The position numbers and the translations under genes were made by a program. A stretch of 58,218 bases of DNA from Mizuhopecten yessoensis (Eukaryota): contig NW_018408394.1 of NCBI RefSeq assembly GCF_002113885.1, positions 321,851 through 380,068 on the forward strand, read 5' to 3'. Of the stretch, positions 13,200-26,200 are shown piece by piece (the stretch's first letter is position 1; every line of letters begins with the position of its first letter). The notes under the pieces were generated by a model, which was not told the origin of the DNA, did not search any database, and saw only the letters and a program-made list of their open reading frames with translations.

Positions 13200-15376
13200 C
13201 CTACCACACTGTCTATTAAATACCACGCGCACGTACCCGCTTCACCACAGAACCAATCAGCCTGTTAATTCTTTGAACTGGGTATCAGGTGGGCGACTTC
13301 GTTTGGGTTGTTGGCGTGTTTTCTGAGCTGCCTGTCCAGTTCATCCCACGATTCAAGTAGCATACTTGGATATTTTTTTGAGCTAGAAAATCACGATACA
13401 CTCATGCAACGTGTTGCCCGACATTAATCCAAGCGATACACATTTGGAGCGTGTGCACGACACCATTGCAGACGGCGTTGACATTGCCCATGATTATGTT
13501 GTGGCCCACCGTAAGGACATCATCAGGCGCGGATTTAGGGGGGGGGGGGCACACCCGGCCCCGNGCCCCGGCCCCGGCCCCGGCCCCCCCTTTTGGCGCC
13601 TGACTGACCTTTTCCGGGCCGTCCCGAAATGGTCTGATCGGCCGGGAATGGGAACATATTAACATTTTAAAATGCATCAAATAATGCACGGAGCTTTTAT
13701 AAAAAAAATCTGGTGCTACGCCCCACACATTCCATACGGCATCCTAGCAAATATTGTGGGTTTCCGTTATCCGATATTTTTTACTATATTTTCTGTATTA
13801 AAACAATATTTGTTGGCATCGCTACGCTCGTCTACTTTGTATCTTGACCCTAAAGTGTTTTATTTTTATTTTACCACCAAGTTGCAACTTGCAACGCTCG
13901 GCGGAAATATATACTAGCATAAGTTGCATAATTATATTATTGACCGCTCGTTATAGATGATCTGAAAATTAATACTTTTTATTGTAACCTTCCTAACCGC
14001 TCGGGCGATATTAATCATTTCATTATACAAGAACTATGAAGTTTTTTTCGGCTGACAATATTATGTATAATCGACTAAACATATCTATTCAATAATTTTT
14101 GGTATTATATATACTGTTGGAACTGTTTAACTATCTTGTATGTACAACATAATATCTCATTGTGGTACTTATAGCTTACCATCGTGTACGTACAAGAAAG
14201 TATCTTCATACAGCATACTATTGTGTACGTAGTAATAAGCTGTACGTACCAGAATGAGATGGTATGCTGTACTTACAAGTATGATAATTTAAATTAAATT
14301 TAAAGGTGACGCGTATGTGCCTCCTAAGTTGTACCATTTTGACCAGATAGCTTAGCAAATGTACCACTGTTGGTAATATGCACGCCCTTACATGAGTTAA
14401 TCAGCGTGGACATTTCAGATATATCATTGTCTACACTAGTGAATTAGTCAACAATTATAAAACGCGAGACTATATAGCTAGTGGTCTTGGGTGTCGCACT
14501 TATTTGAACTTATCCGTTTGTTTAGCAACTTAGTGATGCCATGAGTAACTCATTAATTAAACAGCAACGATGTTATGGTGTTATTTGTTCTTTTGTACGA
14601 CAAACTATTACATGAAGTACTGTACTGTAGGTACAATGTCTGAAGACTAGATATTGTGCGTCCCTGTTTTTTGACGGTGGACCTCTCGTATCCCCTTTGC
14701 GGGCGGGACGCCAAATTAGGTAATAATGAACAAGTCCCCTGTGGATTCATACATTTGTCATCACCAGGTTGCCCCTATAATAATACCATCTGACTTCTAA
14801 AACACGCTGTTGATAGAGAATTTAAACCGAAACTTTAATTTTCTTTCCAGTACACAAAAAAATGTCTTTGGGCCATACTTAATTTTTTTTTTCTTCTTCT
14901 TGTTAATTAAACATAAAAACAATCCTCAGTCAGAACACGGGAAATCGCTTCTGAGACGTTGTAGAAAACACAAAAAAAAATCCCCTCCTGTACCATCCCC
15001 CTCCTCGCGCTACTCGCTCGGGGTGCTGCGATCGGCAGCACACCATTTACTATTGATTGAGAAAAAATTCTCGGCCCCCCTTTTAGGAAATCCTGGATCC
15101 GCCCCTGATCATAGCTTTACGATGAACTCACACAACCGATTTCTGACCGTTCTCATGCGCAGTCGGCACCCATGATTACCGATGACGTTGTTCGCCATTT
15201 GAAAATAGTCCCGGGGACTCTATCTTGACGTCCACTTCTGGAACGGTAAGACCACTAACTTAACTGACAATAGTTGATACATGAACACGAAACTGCTTGG
15301 CGACGCGACGTTGGGATTCACCTTGCAAAATTAGAGCAATAGCTCGTCCTCTTTCACCTGTAAACATTCACGGCAT
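13200..15376 (-). pseudogene. Decayed Tc1/mariner-family transposase interrupted by a MITE
   Basis: Minus-strand translation fragments: MP*MFTGERGRAIALILQGESQRRVAKQFRVHVSTI (HTH), RSRSGRQ, RTVRNRLCEF..[MITE]..PYGGP..QRRLQWCRAH, ..WDELDRQLR. These are Tc1 transposase motifs with stops, frameshifts and deletions. Confidence 0.8.
13524..15107. mobile_element. Non-autonomous TIR element/MITE with 5-bp TSD ATCAT
   Basis: Termini CAGGCGCGGAT... / ...ATCCGCCCCTG; ATCAT at 13519-13523 and 15108-15112. Confidence 0.85.
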
Positions 15377-15769
15377 TCTGGTTTTTACCATCAGCGATAC
15401 CCAGGGGTTACGCTCACTAAGTTGAACATTTACTGTCATGTTGCATGTACATACTGTGAAATCAATAAAAGTACTAGGAATGCAAATAAACAACACATGC
15501 TTTAGTTATGACGCCATTTTATTATCAATATCACGCTTGGCAGTTTACTTCAAATGACAGAGTGAACAGCTTTGCATCAAGTAGCTCAGACATTTGAAAG
15601 TGATGTTCCGTCAATATCGTCGCTGGACCCGAGTTAAAAGAACGTTCCTTACTTTAAAAATAAAAATAAGTTTAGAAAAATGAATTCATAACCTTAACTC
15701 GAATTATATTTTGCTACAAAATAGTAAATGAACGTGATGAAACTGGGGCCAGTGTCAAAGAGACGTCTC

Positions 15770-18700
15770 TTATTGTGGTACTGACTCCTTCTGTCGAGAC
15801 TCGATGTAGCGCTTGGTTTTCGACACACAGAAAGCTACGTTTTTACTGCCCCTACTGAAGTCAAGTCGGAGCCTGCCGAAGTCAAGAAGGACGATTCCAC
15901 CGATGACAATAATGAGAATGACGAGGCCGGCGGCCCCAATGCCACGGGCACTGAGTCTGTAGTCGGTGGCGCTGCTCTTCCGTCGCTTGTGTTGGGACGT
16001 GGTACGCTTGTCCACCCGGGTCTCCGCTTTGAGCCACTCGAGACGTTCCTCCAGTGTAGTGTTCTGTTCTTTGTAACACACACAGTGTTCCGGTGATGGA
16101 GTAGCGGTAGAGGTCAACACGTGCGTGGTCTTCACAGTAACACTCAAACCCGGTGCGGTTGAAGTATCGTAGCCGTATAGACAGGGGGCAGACGTGACGT
16201 CAAAGCTCGCGTCTCGTGAACATTTGTTCTTGGGCAAAGAGGAGGCGTCAGGAACAGATACTGGATTCACAAATTCGGCACCAGGGAACGTTACTGAAAA
16301 ATAAACTTACAACTGATATATTTATTTTTCGTAAACCTTAATTATGCATCTCCATTTTGACAATCTACAAAGATAAATTTGCAAATATTAGGGTCGAATA
16401 ACATGCGTACATGTATAACACCAATTAATTATGTGTTTTGTCGTTTGCAAAGAGTCTTGCTAGAACATAAATATGAGTTAAAACAATGAGCAATTAAAGA
16501 CTGCGATGTTTTATTTTTTTTCTTCAATAAATCCAAATTACATGTATATATAAATGATTATAGTCTGAAGAATCTCCTTGATGAGATGAAAGCGCTAAAG
16601 ACGTGTTGCTAAAAATGTATCTTTTTATTATTGAGTCTTACACGTAAAGCAGTTCTTTGTGTAGAATAACAGTTCCGGCATACATGTACTCGCGTACGAC
16701 ATGCGCTCGTGGAGGTAGCACGAGCCATTTTGTTGGTAAAATGTGACGGCCCAGCATTCTTCGTCCCCGGTCACGTGATACATACACTTGGTCTGACACT
16801 TGCCAAGACTCGTGGTAGTCACCAAGGTGCTCTGGGTCTTACTAAAGTCAACACATCGGCTCGGCTCCTCACCCATCTCACATCCACCTGTACATGGAGT
16901 AGAACATCGTGAATAAACGAATCAAGAAATACATTTGAATTGAAATATTCAGGGGCGTTTCTAGGAAGTTTGAAAGAGGGGGCGTAGAATAAAATCTGTC
17001 GCCGAGCGGAACGCGGCGAAAAAAAATTGGGACTTTTTTTTGCTAAAAAACATAAAATAATTGTGAAATGCACTAATGTAACGGTTCCTGACTTGGAGCA
17101 TGTCTATTTTATAGTTAAAGTGTCATGGTTTGACATTTGTTTATCAGAGTATGTGTTTAATTAATGAATATGATAAATTGCCATATTCAATACAATATTA
17201 GCAGATTACGATATTTATTTATTTATTTATTTTTTTGAAAAGGGGGGTTACGCCCATTACGCCCTCACCTGGACCCGCCCCTGATATTAACAGCAAAGTT
17301 AAACTCGATACAAGTCGAATTTGGGAACTCATGGATACCTCCTTATGATTTTATATAAAACAACACCGGATCGACAGAATGAGTCTTCATTCTAAAACCG
17401 CTTAAACAACTCACTGAGCCACAATGCGCCAAGTCAGCCAACTCAGCTCTCAGAATAATATAGAGAAATATTGCCCAAATACCACTCTTATACTACAGGC
17501 AGTCAAACGAACTTCGCATAGGTTATTCATACAAAACTGATGAATCTCATTCCAAATATGGACATTCCTCAGTCCAAACGAATCAATAATAAGACATTTG
17601 CTCGTTATGAGAATCATCAAATTGTAAGAAATACAAAATGAAAATGTGTTCTTACTGCAACTGCACTGCCCTATCAACGCACTTAGGGCTCGTACCACCA
17701 TATACAGAGCAGGAAAACAGTTAACAGGAGAAGGGTAAGAACTGATAGCAACACCATTGATTGTTTGACTAGATGTAACAGTATTATAAACAAACTACTC
17801 ATCCTTTCTGACAAAGACACCGCTTATCATGCCAGGTCTAATTCACATCTGAATACACGAAATATAAAGAATAACAACCGCAACAATTGATAACACGTTG
17901 AAGAAAAGAAGGAAAGATTAAAAAGATAACTATGATCTGTCTGGCACTCAGATCAGGAAATGGGTGATTCATATCAGCAAGGACAGATGACCAGACCAAC
18001 GTACTTGGCAAGGGTCTCAATAATACCATCAAACCTAAATACTGGCCAGTGGAAGAGTTTGTAGCGGCCACAGACATCACAGTTTCAAAACTCCAGCAGA
18101 CAGAGGCAGAACAAACTTAGTTCATAAGAAAGACAAATTTCCAAATGACATGGGTGGTTTACCAAATACCATGTAACAGCTTCAACCTTACATTCATCAG
18201 TGACACTAGCCGGAGATTCGGCACAAGCCTTATATAAATATATAAAGAACAAAAACGATCAAAAAGTAAAGTCGAATGTAAACATTGAAAACAGTATTTG
18301 GGTTTAAGTTTCTCCACCCCCCCCCCTCCCCCTCCCCATCCCAAATCATTGACAACATACGATTATTATTATTTTTTAATTCATAACCAGAACAAAAAAA
18401 TAAGTGTAAGCACAAAATCCATGCTCGAACCTAATAGTAGTTTCGTGAATACCCTCAGAAAGACGTTGAAGCAATGAAACAGCTGAAGTCTACGCTAGAT
18501 TTACAAGAAAAACATTGGAGAAACGGTATAACAAATTAACCATTAACAAATTAACCATTACAGACATTGCTAACATCTCAACCATCATAGACTGGAACAA
18601 AAGGAGGACAACTGGAAACATCAAAGAAGCCATCTGTATAATGAGGGAATGGGAATCCATGGACAAAGGTGCGAGGGCCACCGGCTGATTCATCTTTATC

Positions 18701-21700
18701 ACCCGATTTTAACATCCACCAAGAGGCGGAATGTGTAAATGAGTGCTATTTGGACGAATTGTCTCGATATAATTCTGACAGCTGACTTCCTGACTCAGTA
18801 CAATGTGGCTTAGTGAGTTCTTTTCAGCGGCCTAGAGTCAGTGTGTACTCTTTGCTTGACAAAGGAAATAGACATTTTTGAAAGTCTCAATATTAGTTTT
18901 CAATTCAGTTTGTGGTCAAAACAAGTTCGGATATAACGCTGAATGGATGTTGAGGGAATGCTATTTTAGTTCACCGCTTGATCATGATGTACATTTATAC
19001 AAAGTATAATTTCTTAACATGATGGACATTTGGGTGAGAGTCGGCCCCGAAAACTTTATTTCGGTACCTGTGGTTAAAGGCTTTAAATAGAGGTCACGAT
19101 GTTCCAATTTGCCACGCACCACATTATAGCACCCACATACCAAGTGTGAGGTTAAGCAGCGACATATTTTGCATCGGAGACTGAAGGTCAGAAGAGTCTG
19201 CAATGACCCAAGTCACAGTATCTGTTAATTTAAGTCCATCATGAAACGTGACGTAGGTCTGTTAGGGGAACTTGTATTTCTGCATCTTAATGGAAGGTCA
19301 AAGGAGGTAGTGATAGCCTCATTCAGGTACGCGACACAGCGCCTTCTTTTGGCTCTATGTACAAATATACTCAATATGCTGGGACCCTTCGAGGTGAACA
19401 ACATGACATATTGACTTACATGGTCGATACGATTCACATAAAGCTGGCAGCCGTTTAGAACAGTTGGATGGATGCCAGCGTACATCAGCATCCAGAGAAA
19501 CACAGGAGTGGTCAGTCGTGTCTTTGTCCAAGGTCTCGTTCCATGATTGCCATCCCGTGATATTGGAACAGTCGCTCCACACGTAATCACTGGTGTTACC
19601 ATCCTGGTGGAGTCCTATCCACAAATGGCTGGAACCGCTGTAAGGACACCATTAAAAGGACAGAAAATGATACTCTTTGCGTTGCCGCTTTGATCTGTGA
19701 CATTGATTACAGTTTCAGTTGATTCAAAAGTACTGAGCACCAACTCGACGAAGTAATGCACTGTATGTGTAGACAGCTTCTCACCACACTGTATGTGTAG
19801 ACAGCTACTCACTACACTGTATGTGTAGACAGCTTCTCACTACACTGTATGTGAAGACAGCTTCTCACTACACTGTATGTGTAGACAGCTACTCACTACA
19901 CTGTATGTGTAGACAGCTTCTCACTACACTGTATGGGTAGACAGCTTTTCACCACACTGTATGTGTAGACAGCTTATCACTACACTGTATGTGTAGACAG
20001 CTTCTCACTACACTGTATGTGTAGACAGCTTCTCACTACACTGTATGTGTAGACAGCTTCTCACTACACTGTATGTGTAGGCAGCCTATCACTGCACTGT
20101 ATGTGTAGACAGCTTCTCACTACACTGTATGTGTAGACAGCTTATCACTACACTGTACGTGTAGACAGCTTATCACTACACTGTATGTGTAGACAGCTTA
20201 TCAATACACTGTATGTGTAGACGGCTTCTCACTACACTGTATGTGTAGACAGCTTCTCAATACATTGTATGTGTAGACAGCTTATCACTACACTGTACGT
20301 GTAGACAGCTTATCACCACACTGTATGTGTAGACAGCTTATCACCACACTGTATGTGTAGACAGCTTATCACTACACTGTATGTGTAGACAGCTTATCAC
20401 TACACTGTATGTGTAGACGGCTTCTCACTACACTGTATGTGTAGACTGCTTCTCACTACACTGTATGTGTAGACAGCTTATCAATACACTGTACGTGTAG
20501 ACAGCTTATCACCACACTGTATGTGTAGACAGCTTATCACCACACTGTATGTGTAGACAGCTTATCACTACACTGTATGTGTAGACAGCTTCTCACTTCA
20601 GTGGATAATTTGCTGTTTTTCGAGGTGTTCGATTACGAGACAATTACATCCCTAACATTTTACTTAACACATTTAAACTGAAGACCTACCATCATTTCTT
20701 AATCCTGTGTTTAGACAAAACTACCTGATACATCGATTATTTCAATAGTTTTACCCCAAAATTGTTAAAGCTAACGTATTGACAGTGATGATAGGGATAC
20801 CTCACTTGACGTCTAATATCATCATAACACGGTACGTTAGTAATCCCTATCGATTAGTGTATAGCATTCCGAGACTTCGATTTCTGGACTTAATTTGTCA
20901 TTTTTTTTAACTTAAAGTGGCATATCAGCGACTTAGGGAGATATTTGTCGGATGTTGCTGTCACAGAACATGACACTGATCCTGTTCTAATGGCGGATAA
21001 AGGCAGTCAACCATTCCACATTAGTATCAATTCCCGCGTACTCTGGTATGCAGGTAGTCATTGAAAGTCTTGTGCAAAGCAAAGAATTGATTTCAAAACA
21101 TATATCGCCAGAGCCGAAACCGGGCACTTCCTTAAATGACCATAGTTGTTAATAGGACGTAAACCACAAACAACCCCGTTGTGTTGGGATCGCCCCAATT
21201 TACTGTTTCCTGGTGTCACATGCCAAATGAACAAATCCAAAACTTCTGACTGTCCACATTTTATAATTAAATGTAATCGCTATTCAGACCTCCGGTCTAA
21301 ATACATAAAGAAATATTATTTCAAAAGGCATAGTATGTATAAATTTGTTCAATTACTCAAAATCGAAAACACAAAGGAACTAATAATTTAGGAAAGTATT
21401 TATCACTAACGTTTAAACGTAGAGCAGATTTATTAAGAGGTCATCAATAGAACAGGTCATGTTAAGATACATGTTGTACATCAGTTTATTGTATACAAAT
21501 TATGTAATATACCATTATATTGATAAGTCTTGTATGGGTGAATGAGGGTGAAAAATGGTACTGGCGTGTGTATGAATGTACCCTGTACCCCGTACCCTGT
21601 ACCCTGTACCATGCACCCCGTACCATGTACCCTGTACCCCGTACCCTGTACCCTGTACCCCGTACCCTGTACCCTGTACCCCGTACCCTGTACCCCGTAC

Positions 21701-24700
21701 CCCGTACCCTGTACCCCGTACCCTGTACCCTGTACCCCGTCCCATGTACCATGTACCATGTACCCCGTACCCCGTACCCCGTACCCCGTACCCAGTACCC
21801 CGTACCATGTACCCTGTACCCCGTTCCCTGTACTTTCACAGCACAATACATTCAATACGATGTGTATCTCGATACACATGTCTGTTTTAAAGTAAGTTTC
21901 ACAATACATGTGTTCAGATATTTTACAGAGATGTAATGAAAACTTTACGATGTCAATAGTAATTACAGTTTAAATATATCTGTGTTCGAGCTGTTGTACG
22001 TATTTTGTATCACTGCACAACGGATAACATTATTACTGGCGTATAAAAAAAAGAATAAGTGAACTCGCAAATCGAATTTATTAAGAATTGATTGATAATA
22101 CCCGAATTGTGAAGGTATTTCCCTATGCAGACAAACAAAAAGATTTGCTACAATACACAACAAAGTCTTGAACGATTCAATGAATTGTTTCAGTCTACGC
22201 TTTACCCTGTACCCCGTACCCTGTACCCTGTACCCCGTACCCTGTACCCCGTTTTGTTTTATTTGAACTGTATTTACATGTACTATTTACATCGTAAAGC
22301 TACATGTATTGTGAAACTAACTTTAAAGTCAGATATGTGTATCAAGATACATGTCGTATCGAATGTATTGTGCTGTGAAAATACAGTTTACGGGGTACAG
22401 GGTACGGGGTACAGGGTCCTAGAATCAGGGTTGCTAGGTTGGTTTTAACTCATCGGTGAAATAGTTTTGACAGCACACTTCATTCTTGGTCTGGTATCTT
22501 TTAGTTTTTGTTTAAAGATTAATGTTATAACTAAACAGTAGCGTGCCATAAATTTTGTTACGCCAAACGTTTATTTGCTAGCCCGCCGAATACAAGATGA
22601 CCATCATGTGTTCACTATGGTCGCACAATTACTAACTTTATAATAAAACACAGAGAGTAAATCGACCGTCATACACATCTTATAATTAACCTATTGTCCA
22701 AACTATTATCATAGTGTGTAATTAAATAAAATTTTGTTTAAATACTAATCTTACTAAATTACACGGTTTATCTTTTTCGATCTGTCCGTTTGTTGGAAAA
22801 GGACGTTTTTTCGTCCTTAACTATAGAAAATGATTTATATTTTAAGAAAGAAAATGGAGTCTATAAGATTACACAGATATTCTTCATGTTTAGATAGCAC
22901 AGAAAATGTCCGTTTGTATGAAAATTGTTGAACAATTAGTTTTTGACAGAGAGGATGCTCAACAGAATAATTTCTAATTATTTTCTTCATGTGGGTATGG
23001 ATTGTGAAAAGATTCATGTAGCACAACCAAAAAGTGTTCATAGGTGACGTTTTTCATCGAAACGTCACATATAAACACTTTTTTTTGTGCTGCATGCATC
23101 TTCTCACAGTACAATAAAATAGTACCAACAAAATAGGTTACTTACAGAAGATTTCGACTGACCAAATGTTTAACTGCGCTGACCATAGACGCTTCTTTTA
23201 CCTCGCTTTCCACATTTGCGAGTTTCCCGCCATTAGCTTCACAGACGGTCGCGGCGTCATTCCAAGAAACAGGTGTACTGATGAAGGTGAACACCGTGGA
23301 GGTCGTTTGCGGAATGTCACCAATAGCTGTAACGAGATTACCTTCTAATCACAAACAATCACTTTTAGGAGGTATTTCTTCTTAAGAAATATGCTTAGAT
23401 CAAGCAGGTATCAGGCGTGGCTTCGACACACGACATCGTAGCCCCTCGGAAAGCCCAAGTTTAAAATATCGCCCACCCGCTCTGCGATATACACAGAAAA
23501 TATAATTGTACATTGAAACCAGCCTTAACACTCAACTGTCCACTTGTTTATATATAATATCTGTCAATTAAAACTGTAATGCAATCACCTGCATACTCTT
23601 TTATATTATTATATTTCCCAATACCCTATCTAACTAACTCCATATAAACCATATAGACCTTAGCAGGTTTACCTGTGTACAAAGATTTATTGTCTATGAA
23701 CTACTGTCAACATATTACATAGGGATAAACTGCCTATAGTTACCACCTGTGAATAGTTCCCATATACCCTGTCTATTAAAACCAACTATTATGGCCGCAT
23801 TTTTCAGTCGCCTTAGAGAATTTTTGTGCTGTTTATCATTTTTGATAAATTAAAATGTTTAAATTTATTGAACAAGGAAAATCTGAATTCTAAAATATAC
23901 CAATGGGGTTGAATGAAGCAGTTAAATCGGTAATAATTTTGCAGAATTAAGCTGTTTTTACCGTTATCAATTGAGTAGAATTTAGAAATGATATTTTCCC
24001 GTTAATTAAACGATTTTGTTATTCATCAATCCTGGCATGACTAAGAGTTTATGACCATCCCGACACGTACTGTACTCACCAAACGTGATGTATACCCAGG
24101 CCACAATGCCCCCCCGACACGTACTGTACTCACCAAACGCGATGTATACCCAGGACACAATGACCAACCCGACACGTACTGTACTCACCAAACGGGATGT
24201 ATACCCAGGCCACAATGACCACCCAACACGTACTGTACTCACCAAACGTGATGTATCCCCAGGCCACAATGACCACCCCGACACGAACTATACTCACCAA
24301 ACGTGATGTATACCCAGGACACAATGACCACCCCAACACGTACTGTACTCACCAAACGTGATGTATGCCCAGGCCACAATCACCACCCCGGCACGTACTG
24401 TACTCACCAAACGAGATGTATACCCAGGCCACCATGACCACCCCGACACGAACTATACTCACCAAACGTGATGTATACCCAGGACACAATGACCACCCCG
24501 ACACGTACTGTACTCACCAAACGTGATGTATACCCAGGCCACAATGACCACCCCGACACGTACTGTACTCACCAAACGTGATGTATACCCAGGCCACAAT
24601 GACCACCCCGACACGTACTGTACTCACCAAACGTGATGTATACCCAGGCCACAATGACCACCCCGACACGTACTGTACTCACCAAACGTGATGTATACCC

Positions 24701-26063
24701 AGGCCACAATGACCACCCCGACACGTACTGTACTCACCAAACGTGATGTATACCCAGGCCACAATGACCACCCCGACACGTACTGTACTCACCAAACGTG
24801 ATGTATACCCAGGCCACAATGACCACCCCGACACGTACTGTACTCACCAAACGTGATGTATACCCAGGCCACAATGACCACCCCGACACGTACTGTACTC
24901 ACCAAACGTGATGTATACCCAGGCCACAATGACCACCCCGACACGTACTGTACTCACCAAACGTGATGTATACCCAGGCCACAATGACCACCCCGACACG
25001 TACTGTACTCACCAAACGTGATGTATACCCAGGCCACAATGACCACCCCGACACGTACTGTACTCACCAAACGTGATGTATACCCAGGCCACAATGACCA
25101 CCCCGACACGTACTGTACTCACCAAACGTGATGTATACCCAGGCCACAATGACCACCCCGACACGTACTGTACTCACCAAACGTGATGTATACCCAGGCC
25201 ACAATGACCACCCCGACACGTACTGTACTCACCAAACGTGATGTATACCCAGGCCACAATGACCACCCCGACACGTACTGTACTCACCAAACGTGATGTA
25301 TACCCAGGCCACAATGACCACCCCGACACGTACTGTACTCACCAAACGTGATGTATACCCAGGCCACAATGACCACCCCGACACGTACTGTACTCACCAA
25401 ACGTGATGTATACCCAGGCCACAATGACCACCCCGACACGTACTGTACTCACCAAACGTGATGTATACCCAGGCCACAATGACCACCCCGACACGTACTG
25501 TACTCACCAAACGTGATGTATACCCAGGCCACAATGACCACCCCGACACGTACTGTACTCACCAAACGTGATGTATACCCAGGCCACAATGACCACCCCG
25601 ACACGTACTGTACTCACCAAACGTGATGTATACCCAGGCCACAATGACCACCCCGACACGTACTGTACTCACCAAACGTGATGTATACCCAGGCCACAAT
25701 GACCACCCCGACACGTACTGTACTCACCAAACGTGATGTATACCCAGGCCACAATGACCACCCCGACACGTACTGTACTCACCAAACGTGATGTATACCC
25801 AGGCCACAATGACCACCCCGACACGTACTGTACTCACCAAACGTGATGTATACCCAGGCCACAATGACCACCCCGACACGTACTGTACTCACCAAACGTG
25901 ATGTATACCCAGGCCACCATGACCACCCCGACACGTACTGTACTCACCAAACGTGATGTATACCCAGGCCACAATGACCATCCCGACACGTACTGTACTC
26001 ACCAAACGTGATGTATACCCAGGCCACAATGACCAACACAACACGCACTAATTTGCCGAACAT
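15770..26063 (-). CDS. Uncharacterised type I membrane protein: signal peptide + C-type lectin-like domain + PAN/apple-like Cys domain + Ser/Thr stalk + TM (409 aa, 5 exons)
   Basis: Exons (minus): 26003-26063 (MFGKLVRVVLVIVAWVYITF), 23146-23326 (SWNDAATVCEANGGKLANVES), 19420-19637 (LWIGLHQ..YVWSD..W..C..W..C..LCE), 16642-16887 (CQTKC..CWAVTF..CYL), 15770-16293 (TM GIGAAGLVILIIVIGGIVLLDF, stop TAA). All GT-AG with matching phases (1,2,1,1); total 1230 nt open. Confidence 0.88.
16950..17283. mobile_element. MITE with 5-bp TSD ATATT (lectin gene intron 3)
   Basis: Termini CAGGGGCG... / ...CGCCCCTG; ATATT at 16945-16949 and 17284-17288. Confidence 0.85.
17850..18870 (+). mobile_element. Penelope-like retroelement remnant
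   Basis: Degenerate fragments VLGKGLN..PVEEFVAA (~18000-18070) and H.IDW..IKEAICI..MDKG (~18580-18700) resemble Penelope N-terminal and GIY-YIG C-terminal motifs. Confidence 0.5.
19759..20596. repeat. 28-bp minisatellite, about 30 copies (lectin gene intron 2)
   Basis: Unit CTGTATGTGTAGACAGCTT(C/A)TCACTACA. Confidence 0.96.
21130..21430 (+). mobile_element. LINE ORF2 C-terminal remnant
   Basis: HFIIKCNRYSDLRSKYIKKYY..SMYKFVQLL resembles the C-terminal region downstream of the zinc knuckle in non-LTR retrotransposons. Confidence 0.45.
21578..22417. mobile_element. Foldback/MITE with long inverted arms and 7-bp (GTACCCY)n terminal arrays
   Basis: ~21830-21910 is the reverse complement of ~22300-22385; (GTACCC[C/T])n on the left, (GGGTAC[A/G])n on the right. 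Confidence 0.8.
24052..26035 (-). repeat. 55-bp minisatellite (about 36 copies) made of the 3' end of lectin-gene exon 1 plus its splice donor
   Basis: Minus-strand unit TGGTCATTGTGGCCTGGGTATACATCACGTTTG|GTGAGTACAGTACGTGTCGGGG; the first copy is contiguous with ATG TTC GGC AAA at 26063. Confidence 0.95.
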
Positions 26064-26107
26064 TCCGACACCAAATAACGAGCTTCACTAATTTGATTTC
26101 CAAATGC

Positions 26108-26200
26108 AGTCTATGGACATGCTCTCTGCTAGTCTATGGACATGCTCTCTGCTAGTCTATGGACATGCTCTCTGCTAGTCTATGGACATGCTCTCTGCTA
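26108..26200. repeat. 23-bp tandem repeat x4 upstream of the lectin gene ATG
   Basis: Unit AGTCTATGGACATGCTCTCTGCT. Confidence 0.9.

Noticed and set aside
21481-21936. Six overlapping GTGY/YPVP ORFs
   Set aside because: They derive from the 7-bp repeat arm of a foldback element.
24052-26035. CRISPR-like array
   Set aside because: The units are head-to-tail with no unique spacers, the context is eukaryotic, and there are no cas genes. The same applies to the other arrays.
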